A DNA stretch of 64,000 nt, from positions 4,047 through 68,046 of the forward strand of contig JAVBMC010000028.1 in NCBI GenBank assembly GCA_031552845.1, in the 5' to 3' direction. A program made the position numbers and the translations under genes. Of the stretch, positions 19,501-30,766 are shown one piece after another. Source of the stretch: Kiritimatiellia bacterium. Its GTDB lineage: Bacteria > Verrucomicrobiota > Kiritimatiellia > RFP12 > DVOR01. The notes under the pieces were generated by a model. The model was not told the DNA's origin, searched no databases, and saw nothing but the letters and a program-made list of their open reading frames with translations. The stretch's first letter is position 1. Each line of letters starts with the position of its first letter.

Positions 19501-21171
19501 TTATTCCTTTGTCGGATAGAGGTCGGTGGGGACTAAGCTATAGTTGGGGCGGCGGGTGTAGGTTTGGAGGGGCTGGCCGTTGTGGCGGATGGTGATGGTT
19601 TCGTAGTGGTGGTCGCCATCGGCATCGGTTTCTTGGTAGGTGTAGCCGTCGGGGAAGCTGTAGGTGTGAGTGGTGGAGGTGCCGTCAGTGGTGGTTTGGA
19701 TGGTGAGGTTTTTGTCGTGGTGGTTGATGTTGGTTTGGTTGGAGGTTTTACTGTAACAGCAGATGTCTTCTCTTTCAAAGTCATAGGGATGCGGAAGAAG
19801 TTTTGCAAAGCGGCCGATGTATGGGGAACGGCGGTAGGTGAGGGTAGTTTTTGCTTGGTGGGTGGTGTTATCGATGATAATGTCCTCGACAATGTCTGGG
19901 CCTTGTCTGCCGTGAGGGATATGAGTGAAGGAGAGGTATGTGGTGGTGTTAGTATTGTTGTGGTTGGGGATGGTAGTGAAGCTGGTGTCGAGGATTTGGG
20001 TGTTGTTTTTGTGGAGGATGATGTGGGGGATCTTTACAATGGAGAGAAACATTGCTTTGAAGAAAATCTCTTTGTAGTGGGGGTTGTCGGCAGAGGTGCA
20101 GACGGTGATGCTGGTGTCTTGATCACGCGCGATGAGTTCTTGTTGAAGGATGTTGGTGATGGCGCGATAGGGGACGAAGGCGGAGGTGTCCGGGAGCAGG
20201 GGAGGCGAGGCGTTGTCTGAGTCGTCGAGGAAGGGGTCTTTGTCGGAGGAGAATGAACTCTCGATTATGGCTTGGACGTAGGTGTAGTCGTTGGCGGGGA
20301 GGGCTTGGGCGAGGTGTTGAATTGTGCCGACGGCTTGGTGTTTGCCGAGAAAGGGGTGGAGGATGGGGTGTTGGAGTGTGAGTTGAAGAGGGGTGATTTG
20401 TCCGTCGGGTTGGATTGCGTAGTAGCGTTTAATGGTGTTGGGGAGGTTGCGGTTTTCACGAAGCCAGTTGAATAACGTAAGACTGTAGGTGTCGTCGTCA
20501 GCGGGTCGCGGGGGGAGGGGTTTGTATTGGGTGTAGGTGATGAAGGTGTCGGGGACCCAGTCCCGGTTGCTGTCGACGGCGGTGAGGATGGTGTCGTCGA
20601 GGAAGTAGCAAGCGTAGCGTTTGCCGTAGCGGGTATGGGCTGTGGCGAAGATGAGGGTGTTGGAACGCCAGAGGTGGGTGTAGGTTTCGCGGCTGTAGGT
20701 ACGGAAAATGGTGGTGCGGATTTCGCGTAGGGTGGGATCTCTGGAGGGGATGAGTTGGACGTGGACGAGGTGGTTGCTGTAGAGGGTTTGGGGCGGGGTG
20801 TCGGCACGCTGAGGACGGAGAAGTGTGGTGTTGCCGTAGCTGTCTTGTTCAAAACTTGCGAGGAGGATGTTGTCACGCACGAGCGTGATTTCGTCAAAGA
20901 GGCCGTCAACGCCATGAAGGTTGTCGGACATGGTGATCACATAATCGTTCAGCATGAAGGTGTGGACGGTGGAACGCCCTGTTTGGGCGGTATTGATGTG
21001 AAGCTGGTCTTCCGCAAAGAATGCACGCAAGGGGGCGTGTGAATTGCCGGTCAGACATGCGGGAAGGGCGATGCAGTATTCATAACAGACGAATCCGCCA
21101 CGGAGTAATCCGGCGAGCAGGAGGAGCGAGGCAACAGTCCAAAGGCAGCGCTTGAGGGACGGTTTCTTCAT
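19501..21171 (-). CDS. Hypothetical membrane-anchored protein, paralog of 17692-19497
   Basis: Likely start ATG 21171 (MKKPSLKRCLW + hydrophobic helix); T.HTF.L.DY and ETDADGD shared with neighbour. Confidence 0.75.
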   Translation of the reverse strand: MKKPSLKRCLWTVASLLLLAGLLRGGFVCYEYCIALPACLTGNSHAPLRAFFAEDQLHINTAQTGRSTVHTFMLNDYVITMSDNLHGVDGLFDEITLVRDNILLASFEQDSYGNTTLLRPQRADTPPQTLYSNHLVHVQLIPSRDPTLREIRTTIFRTYSRETYTHLWRSNTLIFATAHTRYGKRYACYFLDDTILTAVDSNRDWVPDTFITYTQYKPLPPRPADDDTYSLTLFNWLRENRNLPNTIKRYYAIQPDGQITPLQLTLQHPILHPFLGKHQAVGTIQHLAQALPANDYTYVQAIIESSFSSDKDPFLDDSDNASPPLLPDTSAFVPYRAITNILQQELIARDQDTSITVCTSADNPHYKEIFFKAMFLSIVKIPHIILHKNNTQILDTSFTTIPNHNNTNTTTYLSFTHIPHGRQGPDIVEDIIIDNTTHQAKTTLTYRRSPYIGRFAKLLPHPYDFEREDICCYSKTSNQTNINHHDKNLTIQTTTDGTSTTHTYSFPDGYTYQETDADGDHHYETITIRHNGQPLQTYTRRPNYSLVPTDLYPTKE

Positions 21172-21398
21172 GGTGTATTTTCTTGTGTTGCAGATGACGA
21201 GGGGTAGGAAAGTGGCGCTGTGCGATGGGGGAGGAGCAGGACAATTGCGGCGGCGATGAGGGAGAGGATGAGCAGTCCAACGGCGATGCTTTTGCGCCAT
21301 GGGTAGGGAATACGTGAGGCGATGTAGGAGAAGGGGGAGATTATCGCCATGAGGACGTAGAGGTAAAAGTAGTGATAGTTATAGGGCGGAAGGCGCAT
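21168..21398 (-). CDS. Small hypothetical membrane protein (76 aa, 2 hydrophobic segments)
   Basis: Stop overlaps next ATG (ATGA coupling at 21168-21171); two hydrophobic stretches. Confidence 0.5.
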   Translation of the reverse strand: MRLPPYNYHYFYLYVLMAIISPFSYIASRIPYPWRKSIAVGLLILSLIAAAIVLLLPHRTAPLSYPSSSATQENTP

Positions 21399-21510
21399 GG
21401 CGGGAGAAGTCGGGGACGGGGCAGAGTACGGTCAGGAGGGTTTGCACATGAACAATGTAATTAGTGTAGCGTATTGTGCGGGAAATTGCAATGTTTTTGC
21501 ACGCGCGGCG

Positions 21511-21620
21511 GGTACTAGGTGGAGACGAGGTTGGGAAGCAGGTGGTACCAGGGTCGGGTACTTAGTGGTACCGGAGTTGGGTACTTAGAAGTACCGGGGT
21601 GTGGTACTTGGAGGTGGCAA
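21511..21620. repeat. Degenerate tandem array, 23-bp period, core GGTACTT-AG-AAGTACC
   Basis: GGTACT at 21511, 21557, 21580, 21603; degenerate unit at 21534. Confidence 0.85.
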
Positions 21621-21654
21621 CGGCAGCAAAATAAGAAAAAAAGCGATGAAATAA

Positions 21655-23088
<1,434 letters not shown>

Positions 23089-23099
23089 AAGCTGACGCT

Positions 23100-23798
23100 A
23101 TGGCAGTGCCCCGCCACATCGCCTGTATAATGGATGGCAACGGCCGTTGGGCCTTGGCCCGCGGCGAGCATCGTTTGGCAGGGCATCAGGCAGGAGCCGA
23201 AACGGTGCGCCGAGTGTTGGGGTATTGCCGCGATGCGGGGGTGCAGGTGTTGACGTTGTATGCGTTCAGCGTCGAGAACTGGCGGCGTCCGTCGGAGGAG
23301 GTTCAGGGTTTGATGGGACTCTTCTCGCACTTCCTGAAGGCCGAAGAGCCGACCCTGCATGAGCATAAAGTCAGACTGCGGGTGATTGGCCGGCGTGAAG
23401 ATTTGGCGCCGGAGCTGTTGGCGCAGATTGAGGCCGTGGAAGCCGCGACGCGTGAGTATCCTTTTCAATTAGTACTGGCGGTGAGCTATGGCGGGCGGAC
23501 GGAGATTGCCGCCGCGGCGCGTCAGTTGGCCGAGCGTGTGGCACGGGGCGAGCTTGTGCCTGCTGAGATTGATGAGGCCGCTGTGGCGGGGTGTTTGTAT
23601 GCGCCCGACTTGCCCGACCCGGATTTGATTATCCGCACAAGCGGCGAGATGCGCCTGAGTAACTTTTTGATGTGGCAAGCGGCCTACTCCGAGCTGTATG
23701 TCACGCCGGTGCTGTGGCCGGATTTTGACGAGGCGGAGTTTGAGGCCGCGTTGGCCGCGTATTCACAACGGGACCGCCGGTTCGGCGGCCATGCGTAA
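23100..23798 (+). CDS. uppS: Undecaprenyl-diphosphate synthase
   Basis: PRHIACIMDGNGRWA, YAFSVENWRRP, DLIIRTSGEMRLSNFLMWQ. Confidence 0.97.
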   Translation: MAVPRHIACIMDGNGRWALARGEHRLAGHQAGAETVRRVLGYCRDAGVQVLTLYAFSVENWRRPSEEVQGLMGLFSHFLKAEEPTLHEHKVRLRVIGRREDLAPELLAQIEAVEAATREYPFQLVLAVSYGGRTEIAAAARQLAERVARGELVPAEIDEAAVAGCLYAPDLPDPDLIIRTSGEMRLSNFLMWQAAYSELYVTPVLWPDFDEAEFEAALAAYSQRDRRFGGHA

Positions 23799-23809
23799 GG
23801 ATCCTGCGA

Positions 23810-24703
23810 GTGAAATTATCAGCTATACAACGTCGAATTATCGTAGGAGTTAGCGTCGCGCTGTTCTGGGTGGTGGCTGTGGCGTGGATGCCGTCGTGGG
23901 TGGTATTCCTGCTGTTCTTGGGCGCGGTGGTGGTGTGTCAGCTGGAGTTCGCCAAGATGATGTCCCCGGAGAAATCATTCCGCGGTGCGAAGTGTTATGT
24001 GACGGCGGGTGCGCTTTGGCTGGCCTCGTGTTATATCTTCCCATTTACGTTGATGGCGCAGTCGCCGAAGTTGGTTTGGCTGGAGGCTTTACTGCTGATT
24101 TCGTTTGGGTTCCTGCTGCTCTGCCGATTGCTGTTTGATGAGCGCGTCAAAGACCCCGTGCACTGCGCGGCGTATTCGATTCTCGGATTCTTCTACCTGC
24201 CATTCATGCTGTCGTTCTTCCTGCGGTTGGCGCAATGGGGTGCAAAGGGGCAATGCGAAATTACGGCGGAGGGATTGTTTCTCGCGGCTTATACCGCGAT
24301 CGTTGTGAAGTTCAGCGACATCGGCGGATTTGCATTGGGCGTGACGTGCGGCAAGCATAAGATGTTCCCGAGGATTTCTCCTGCGAAATCGTGGGAAGGT
24401 TTGGCCGGCGGGATTGCAGCATCGATGGGGGTGAGTATGGGACTTGTGGCGTTGGCGCAATGCTGTCCGTGGCTGCATGGCGGAGTGCTGGCGGGATTCT
24501 CGATGGTGCAAGCGGCGGGTGTGGGCGCGGTGCTGGCGGGTGTGGGTGTGCTGGGAGATTTGATTGAGTCGATGTTCAAGCGGTCAGCCAAGATTAAGGA
24601 TTCCGGAGGCGTGTTCCCCGGCCTCGGCGGCCTGCTGGATACGTTCGATAGTTTGATCTTCGCGCCTGCGGCGTTGTTCTTCTATCTGATCTGGATATCA
24701 TGA
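23810..24703 (+). CDS. cdsA: Phosphatidate cytidylyltransferase
   Basis: ISPAKSWEG, GDLIESMFKR..KIKDSG..PG.GGLLD.FDS; TM-rich. Confidence 0.95.
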   Translation: MKLSAIQRRIIVGVSVALFWVVAVAWMPSWVVFLLFLGAVVVCQLEFAKMMSPEKSFRGAKCYVTAGALWLASCYIFPFTLMAQSPKLVWLEALLLISFGFLLLCRLLFDERVKDPVHCAAYSILGFFYLPFMLSFFLRLAQWGAKGQCEITAEGLFLAAYTAIVVKFSDIGGFALGVTCGKHKMFPRISPAKSWEGLAGGIAASMGVSMGLVALAQCCPWLHGGVLAGFSMVQAAGVGAVLAGVGVLGDLIESMFKRSAKIKDSGGVFPGLGGLLDTFDSLIFAPAALFFYLIWIS

Positions 24704-25899
24704 AGTCGATCGCCATTCTCGGCAGCACGGGGTCAATCGGTTGTAACGCGCTGCGGGTGGCAGAGGCGTTGCCGGACGAACTGCGCATTGTAGGCTTGGC
24801 GGCACGCTCCAACTATCAGCTCTTGCTTGAGCAGGCAGTTAAATATCACGTGTCTGTGGTGGCATTGCAGGATGAACAAGCTGCCGAAGCCGCGCGGCGC
24901 GTGGCGCCTCCAAACATCAAAGTGCTCAGCGGCGTGGGAGGCTTAGAAGAACTCGCCGCATTGCCCGAGGCCGATGTTGTAGTCTCTGCTTTGGTAGGGA
25001 TGGCAGGGTTGCGTCCGACGCTTGCGGCGTTAGAAGCCGGGCATGATGTGGCGCTGGCAACGAAGGAAGTTTTGGTGGCGGCGGGTGAGCCGGTGATGCG
25101 GCTGTGCGCAGAGAAAGGCACGCGCCTGTTGCCGGTGGATAGCGAGCATTCGGCATTGTTCCAGTGTTTGCAATCGGCAGGCTGGGAACCCGCCTGCGTG
25201 CGCCGCGCCAATGCGCCGGTTGAGCGTTTTGCCGAGAGCCGGATTGCCAAGGTGGTGCTGACGGCGTCGGGCGGTCCTTTCTTTGCGAACCCTGAAGTGG
25301 ACTTTTCAACCGTGACGCCGGAGCAGGCGTTAGATCATCCGCGTTGGAAGATGGGCGCGAAGGTGACGATTGATTCCGCCACGATGATGAACAAGGGTTT
25401 GGAAATGATCGAAGCGCGCTGGCTGTTCAACCTGCCTGCGGAGCAGATCGACATTGTCATCCATCCCGAAAGCGCGGTGCATTCGCTCGTGCAGTTCTGC
25501 GACAGCTCACTGCTGGCGCAGCTCTCGCCGCCGGATATGCGGTTTGCGATTCAATATGCCCTCACTTGGCCGGACCGTAAGCCCGCGCCGATGGAGCCGT
25601 TGGATTTGACGGTGATGGGCGCGTTGCATTTCCATGCGCCGGATGCGGTGCGATTTCCGTGTCTGCGGCTGGCGCGTGAGGCGATCCGTGCAGGCGGCAC
25701 ATTGCCCGCGGTGATGAACGCGGCGAACGAGGTGGCGGTGGAATTGTTCTTGCAGAAGCAATTGGATTTTCCGGGCATCTGGCGGGTGATTGAGGAGACG
25801 ATGGCCACGCATACGCTGATGCCGCACCCGACGTTGAACGATATTTTTGAGACTGATGAAGAGACGCGGCGCTTGGTTCGCCGTGCGTGTCATATTTAG
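24700..25899 (+). CDS. dxr: 1-deoxy-D-xylulose-5-phosphate reductoisomerase
   Basis: LGSTGSIG, LPVDSEHSA, HPRWKMGAKVTIDSATMMNKGLE, NAANE. Confidence 0.97.
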   Translation: MKSIAILGSTGSIGCNALRVAEALPDELRIVGLAARSNYQLLLEQAVKYHVSVVALQDEQAAEAARRVAPPNIKVLSGVGGLEELAALPEADVVVSALVGMAGLRPTLAALEAGHDVALATKEVLVAAGEPVMRLCAEKGTRLLPVDSEHSALFQCLQSAGWEPACVRRANAPVERFAESRIAKVVLTASGGPFFANPEVDFSTVTPEQALDHPRWKMGAKVTIDSATMMNKGLEMIEARWLFNLPAEQIDIVIHPESAVHSLVQFCDSSLLAQLSPPDMRFAIQYALTWPDRKPAPMEPLDLTVMGALHFHAPDAVRFPCLRLAREAIRAGGTLPAVMNAANEVAVELFLQKQLDFPGIWRVIEETMATHTLMPHPTLNDIFETDEETRRLVRRACHI

Positions 25900-25907
25900 G
25901 AGCATCT

Positions 25908-27026
25908 ATGAAAAAAGCTGTGTGGCTGTTATCTCTCTTTGTGTTGACCGTGAGCGCGGCGGAGTGTGATCCGAAGTTTACGCCGAAGCTGTTCCATCGT
26001 TTCGCCGATAACGTGACGACGCCGGATGGTATGGCGTTGGATGCGTCGGGCAATCTGTATATCTCCGGCGCGAACTTCAACAACAAGCTTTATCCCGGCG
26101 TGATTTATAAGTTCAAAGGCGCAAAGGGCGATAAGGCGGAGCTGTGGTTCTCGCTGCCGGCGCATCCGGAGACGGGTTATGCCGCGCCGATGGGCATGGG
26201 CTGGGGAGCGGATGGGTGTTTGTATTATGCGGACAATCAGTTCTTCAACAATCCTAATAGCAAGTCGCGCGTGATGCGTATCCGCGTGAATGAGAAAGGC
26301 GAGCCGCTGGGTGCTGAACCGGTGATTGAGAACTTGAAGTTCGCCAACACCATCCGCTGTGATGATAAATATGTCTATGTGAGCGATACCACATTTGATT
26401 TGTCGGACTCGCTGTTCTCTGCCGGCAAGAAGACCCGCTTGAGCGGCGTTTATCGGGTGCCGTATGAGGCGTTTAAGAATGCGCCGGTGAAGCTGGGCTC
26501 GAAGAAGGATGCGGAGTTTGATCCATATTGCATCGCAGTCTCTGAGATGTTCCCCAAGCGCAAGGGCGATGAGTTCGGCGTGAATGGCGTGGCGTTGGAT
26601 AAGAACGGCACGCTCTACTACGGGCATTTCGGCGATGGACAGTTTTTCCGCGTGACCTTTGATAAGGACGGCAAGCCCAACAAGCCCGAGCTGTTGGATG
26701 ATAAGTCCACCGACTGCATCGATGGCATTTGTTATTACGCGAAGAAGGATTGGATCATCATCACCGACTCCGCCGCGAATGCCATCCGCTACTGGGATAT
26801 CAAGGCGGGCAAGATGGGGCTGTTGTGGGAGAATGGCGATACGAACGGCGCCGATGGTTTGCTGGATCAGCCGTCCGACTCAATTGTTGTGAACGGCAAG
26901 CTGATTGTCGCGAATTTCGATATGCCATTGCCCGGGATGAAGAATACTGCGTGGGATAACGTCAACACCATGAGCGTGATTGATTTGCACGAGGGTTGTC
27001 CGTTCCTGCGCTGGCTGGGCTTCTAA
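25908..27026 (+). CDS. Secreted beta-propeller, SMP-30/gluconolactonase-like
   Basis: Signal peptide MKKAVWLL..; blades TPDGMALD, APMGMGWG.DG.LYYAD, GVNGVALD, CIDGI. Confidence 0.75.
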   Translation: MKKAVWLLSLFVLTVSAAECDPKFTPKLFHRFADNVTTPDGMALDASGNLYISGANFNNKLYPGVIYKFKGAKGDKAELWFSLPAHPETGYAAPMGMGWGADGCLYYADNQFFNNPNSKSRVMRIRVNEKGEPLGAEPVIENLKFANTIRCDDKYVYVSDTTFDLSDSLFSAGKKTRLSGVYRVPYEAFKNAPVKLGSKKDAEFDPYCIAVSEMFPKRKGDEFGVNGVALDKNGTLYYGHFGDGQFFRVTFDKDGKPNKPELLDDKSTDCIDGICYYAKKDWIIITDSAANAIRYWDIKAGKMGLLWENGDTNGADGLLDQPSDSIVVNGKLIVANFDMPLPGMKNTAWDNVNTMSVIDLHEGCPFLRWLGF

Positions 27027-27027
27027 G

Positions 27028-27807
27028 ATGGAAACGCTCCACTTGATGGGTTTGCCGGATGACTCGCTCCCGATATCAGCACCAGGGGCAATCGGGTTCT
27101 TTGACTCGGGCATTGGTGGCATGTCGGTGTGGCGCGAAGTGCGCGCACGGGTGCCGCAAGCCGACACCGTCTATATTGCCGACACCGCATTTGCTCCCTA
27201 CGGTACGAAGACCGAAGATGTGATTTACCGTCGCGCTGAACTGCTGACGGATTATCTGATTCGCTGCGGTGTGCGGATGGTGGTGATTGCGTGCAACACC
27301 GCAACAGCCGTTGCCGCTGACCGCCTGCGGGCGAAGTTCGACATCCCGATTGCTGCGGTGGAACCGCCGGTCAAGCCCGCCGCCAAACTTACGCGCAGCG
27401 GTACCATCGGTGTGTTAGCCACAGAGCGCACGTTGGCGTGCAACCGCTTTATGAGTTTGGTGGAGCGTCACGCTGGCGGCGTGAAAGTGTTGACGAGTCC
27501 GTGTCAGGATTGGGTGGCGTTGGTCGAGGCGAGAGAGACCGACACGCCGCGCGCACGGAAGGCTGTTGAGCGGGCCGTGAGACCGTTGATTGATGCGGGT
27601 GCCGATACGCTGGTGTTGGGTTGCACGCACTATCCTTTTTTGCTGCCGTTGATTCAGGAGGTTGTCGGTGCGGATGTGGCGGTGCTGAATCCGTGTCCTG
27701 CGGTGGCGGATCATGTCGCGGCGCTCTTGGCGGTGGAGACGCCCCTTGAGGGCAGCGGGCGTTCGCTGATGTTTGCAACAGAACGGCAGGAGGCCGAGCA
27801 TGTCTGA
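27028..27807 (+). CDS. murI: Glutamate racemase
   Basis: [31 protein letters not shown]. Confidence 0.96.
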   Translation: METLHLMGLPDDSLPISAPGAIGFFDSGIGGMSVWREVRARVPQADTVYIADTAFAPYGTKTEDVIYRRAELLTDYLIRCGVRMVVIACNTATAVAADRLRAKFDIPIAAVEPPVKPAAKLTRSGTIGVLATERTLACNRFMSLVERHAGGVKVLTSPCQDWVALVEARETDTPRARKAVERAVRPLIDAGADTLVLGCTHYPFLLPLIQEVVGADVAVLNPCPAVADHVAALLAVETPLEGSGRSLMFATERQEAEHV

Positions 27808-28450
27808 TACGGATGTTAATATTGATTTAGAGCGACTCACGCGGCGCGGTTTGCCGGAAGCGGTTTTCGGTGCAGGTAAAACTCCGGAGCAGATTGTGCG
27901 GGCGATGCAAGCGCTCAATGCTGCGGGGCAGAATGCGTTTGTGACGCGTGTCTCACCGGAGGCCGCCGCTGAGGTGAAGACTGCATTGCCGCACGTGGTG
28001 TATCATGCGGAAGCGCGGATATTGACTTCGCTGGTGACTGCGTTGCCGAAGTCGCATGGCAGTGTGGCGGTGATTACAGCCGGGACGTCGGACAAGCCGG
28101 TGGCGGAAGAGGCGGCGGTGACGTTGGAGCATTGCGGCGTGGAGGTGAAGCGGTTTTACGACCTTGGCGTGGCGGGGATTCACCGATTGTTCAAACAGCT
28201 CGACGCGATCCGTGAAGCGCGGGTGTTGATTGTGATTGCCGGGATGGAGGGGGCGTTGCCGTCGGTGGTGGGCGGGTTGACCGACCGTCCGTTGATTGCC
28301 GTGCCGACCAGCGTGGGTTATGGCGCGAGCTTGAATGGCTTGGCGGCTTTGCTGGGGATGATGAACTCCTGTGCCGCCGGTGTGACGGTGGTGAACATTG
28401 ATAACGGATTCGGCGCGGCGGTGGCCGCGAGTTTGATTTTGCGTGCGTAG
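27800..28450 (+). CDS. larB: Nickel-pincer cofactor biosynthesis protein LarB
   Basis: [55 protein letters not shown]. Confidence 0.92.
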   Translation: MSDTDVNIDLERLTRRGLPEAVFGAGKTPEQIVRAMQALNAAGQNAFVTRVSPEAAAEVKTALPHVVYHAEARILTSLVTALPKSHGSVAVITAGTSDKPVAEEAAVTLEHCGVEVKRFYDLGVAGIHRLFKQLDAIREARVLIVIAGMEGALPSVVGGLTDRPLIAVPTSVGYGASLNGLAALLGMMNSCAAGVTVVNIDNGFGAAVAASLILRA

Positions 28451-28464
28451 AGAGGAAGAGCGTC

Positions 28465-29214
28465 ATGAAGCTGGATAAACTTGCCGCGGATATTGATACC
28501 CTGCTGAAGGTGAAAGCTTTTGCCGATAGCTCCCATAATGGATTGCAGCTTGCGAACAAAGGCACTGTCACGAAGATTTGTACGGGTGTTGATGCGTCGC
28601 TGCGGTTCTTCGAGGAGGCGGTGAAGCGCGGGGCGGATTGCGTGCTGGTGCATCATGGGCTGAGCTGGGGAGATTCGCTGACGCGGATTACGGGACGCAA
28701 CTATGATTTGATTTCCTTTGCCGTGAAACACAACTTGGCTGTCTATGGTTGTCACTTGCCGCTCGACGCGCATCCGACGCTTGGAAACAATGTACTGTTG
28801 GCGAAGTGCCTTGGCGTAAAGAACATCAAGCCGTTTTACGACTATCACGGCGCAACCATCGGCGTGAAGGGAACGTTGAACACTTCGCTGGCATCTATCC
28901 AGCGGCAAATCGCGTTGAAGATTTCCCCTATGGCGCTGACGCTGCCTTTCGGCAAGAAGCAGGTGAAGAGTATCGGGATTGTTTCCGGCGGGGCGTCGGA
29001 CGGAGTCGAGCAGGCTGCCTTAGAGGGGCTTGACCTTTTTCTAACAGGAGAAAGCGGGCTGGTCGGCTATAACTTCGCCGAACATTACAAAATCAACGCT
29101 ATCTTTGCCGGGCACTACGCGACCGAGGTTTTCGGCGTGCGGGCGCTGGGTGAACATATCGCCAAGCGGCACAAGATCCCCGTGGAGTTCATTGATTTCG
29201 GCATTCCGGTGTAG
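28465..29214 (+). CDS. Nif3-like dinuclear metal centre protein
   Basis: D.S.NGLQ, VHHG, HLPLDAHP..GNN, AGHYATE.FGV. Confidence 0.95.
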   Translation: MKLDKLAADIDTLLKVKAFADSSHNGLQLANKGTVTKICTGVDASLRFFEEAVKRGADCVLVHHGLSWGDSLTRITGRNYDLISFAVKHNLAVYGCHLPLDAHPTLGNNVLLAKCLGVKNIKPFYDYHGATIGVKGTLNTSLASIQRQIALKISPMALTLPFGKKQVKSIGIVSGGASDGVEQAALEGLDLFLTGESGLVGYNFAEHYKINAIFAGHYATEVFGVRALGEHIAKRHKIPVEFIDFGIPV

Positions 29215-29287
29215 TTTTGGCGCGAAACGGGTGGCTGGATGCGGAAAGAGCGTGTTCTGTTTCTTATTTCGGACATTTATGCAGTGC

Positions 29288-29397
29288 CGTGATTACGGGC
29301 ATAGTTGGCCACGATCACGGGCGTGATCGCGCGTGGTTACGAACGTAGTTGTGCAAGATTATACGCGTAATCGCGGAGGATTCTTGGCGGAGGCTAT
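29288..29397. repeat. Degenerate tandem array, 22-bp period, core GATYACG-N2-CGTRATC
   Basis: In-phase units at 29291, 29313, 29335, 29357, 29379; CGATCACG-gg-CGTGATCG at 29312-29329. Confidence 0.75.
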
Positions 29398-29444
29398 TCA
29401 TTAGTACGAGAGAAACGGCAGATTGGGACAGTTGGCGTATAGGT

Positions 29445-29473
29445 TTGACATTAAACGGCAAATAAATTATACT
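29445..29473 (+). promoter_or_regulatory. sigma70 promoter of the T2SS operon
   Basis: TTGACA-17 bp-TATACT, 24 bp before gspF ATG. Confidence 0.75.
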
Positions 29474-29497
29474 TTTCTGCGTTTATAATGGAACATT

Positions 29498-30733
29498 ATG
29501 CCCGGGTATAATTATAAAGCTATGACGCGCGACGGGCGTCGTATTGAGGGGTCTTTGGAGGCCGCGGATAAGCGTGCCGCGATGGCGGCTGTGGAGCGGT
29601 TGGGCCATGTGCCGCTGTCGGTTTCGGAAGCGGTGGGCAAGGCACCTGTTTTGAAGGCGTCAAAGTGGAAGCTGGATGCCGCGAAGGACATGAAGCCGGG
29701 TGAGGTTTTGCTGTTCACGTCCGAATTGGCCGATTTGATTGAAGCAGGTATGACGCTGGGAAATGCGTTGAACTGTCTGGCCAACCAAGGTGGCGGGCAG
29801 GATGCGCCGGGCAAGATTGCAGGCGATTTGCGTGACCGTATTATGCGTGGCGAGCCGCTCTCAGACGCGATGAAGGCTCATCCTAAGTCTTTTCCGCCGA
29901 TCTATTCCAACATGATTCGCGCGGGCGAAGCGTCGGGTGCGATGACGGAGGTATTGCATCGTTTGGGCGAGCATTATGAACGCCAGCTCAGTATGCGCGG
30001 CAAAATCATTACCGCGTTGACGTATCCGGCGATCGTGTTGTTTTTTGGCGTGATTGTTGTGATTGTGGCCATGGTGAAGATTGTGCCGAAGTTTGCAAAG
30101 ATTTTTGACTCTATGGGCGCAGGGTTGCCTTTGCCGACTAAGATTTTGGTCGAGGGCAGTAATTTTGTCATCCATTACGGTTGGCTTGTGCTGATTATCG
30201 GCTTCATGTTTTTTGTTTGGTTCGGGCGTTATATTCGAACCGAAAAGGGCACTTACTGGTGGGATGGGTTAAAGCTGAAGGTGCCGTTAATCAAAGGCAT
30301 CATCGCTTGCGGCACCTATTCCTCGACAGCTTACACGTTGCGGACGCTGATGTCGAATGGCGTGCATGTATTGCAGGCGTTGCGGATTGCTTCCGAGACT
30401 TGCGGCAATGCAGTGATTGCCCGTGCGTTGAACAATGCACGCGAGCGGGTCACCGACGGCGCGACAATCTCAGGTCCGTTGGCTGCAAGCGGGGTGTTCC
30501 CGCAAATGATGACCGACATGCTGTCTATTGGCGAACAGACCGGCGATATGCCGACCTCCCTCAACCACATCGGCAAGCGGTATGAGGGGGAGATGGACCG
30601 TAATATCAAAATCTTCACCGCCGCATTGGAACCGCTGCTGATTGTCATGGTCGCCGTTCTCGTGGGATTTGTAGCTGTCAGTATCTTGATGGCTGTTTTC
30701 AAGGCAACCTCTGCCATGGGGGCAAGCGGTTAG
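29498..30733 (+). CDS. gspF: T2SS inner-membrane platform protein F (PilC family)
   Basis: MP.Y.YKA, AGEASG, ALTYP, GEQTG, LEPLLIV. Confidence 0.93.
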   Translation: MPGYNYKAMTRDGRRIEGSLEAADKRAAMAAVERLGHVPLSVSEAVGKAPVLKASKWKLDAAKDMKPGEVLLFTSELADLIEAGMTLGNALNCLANQGGGQDAPGKIAGDLRDRIMRGEPLSDAMKAHPKSFPPIYSNMIRAGEASGAMTEVLHRLGEHYERQLSMRGKIITALTYPAIVLFFGVIVVIVAMVKIVPKFAKIFDSMGAGLPLPTKILVEGSNFVIHYGWLVLIIGFMFFVWFGRYIRTEKGTYWWDGLKLKVPLIKGIIACGTYSSTAYTLRTLMSNGVHVLQALRIASETCGNAVIARALNNARERVTDGATISGPLAASGVFPQMMTDMLSIGEQTGDMPTSLNHIGKRYEGEMDRNIKIFTAALEPLLIVMVAVLVGFVAVSILMAVFKATSAMGASG

Positions 30734-30766
30734 TCTGTTTCACATTAACTCAAACGAAGGTCCATT

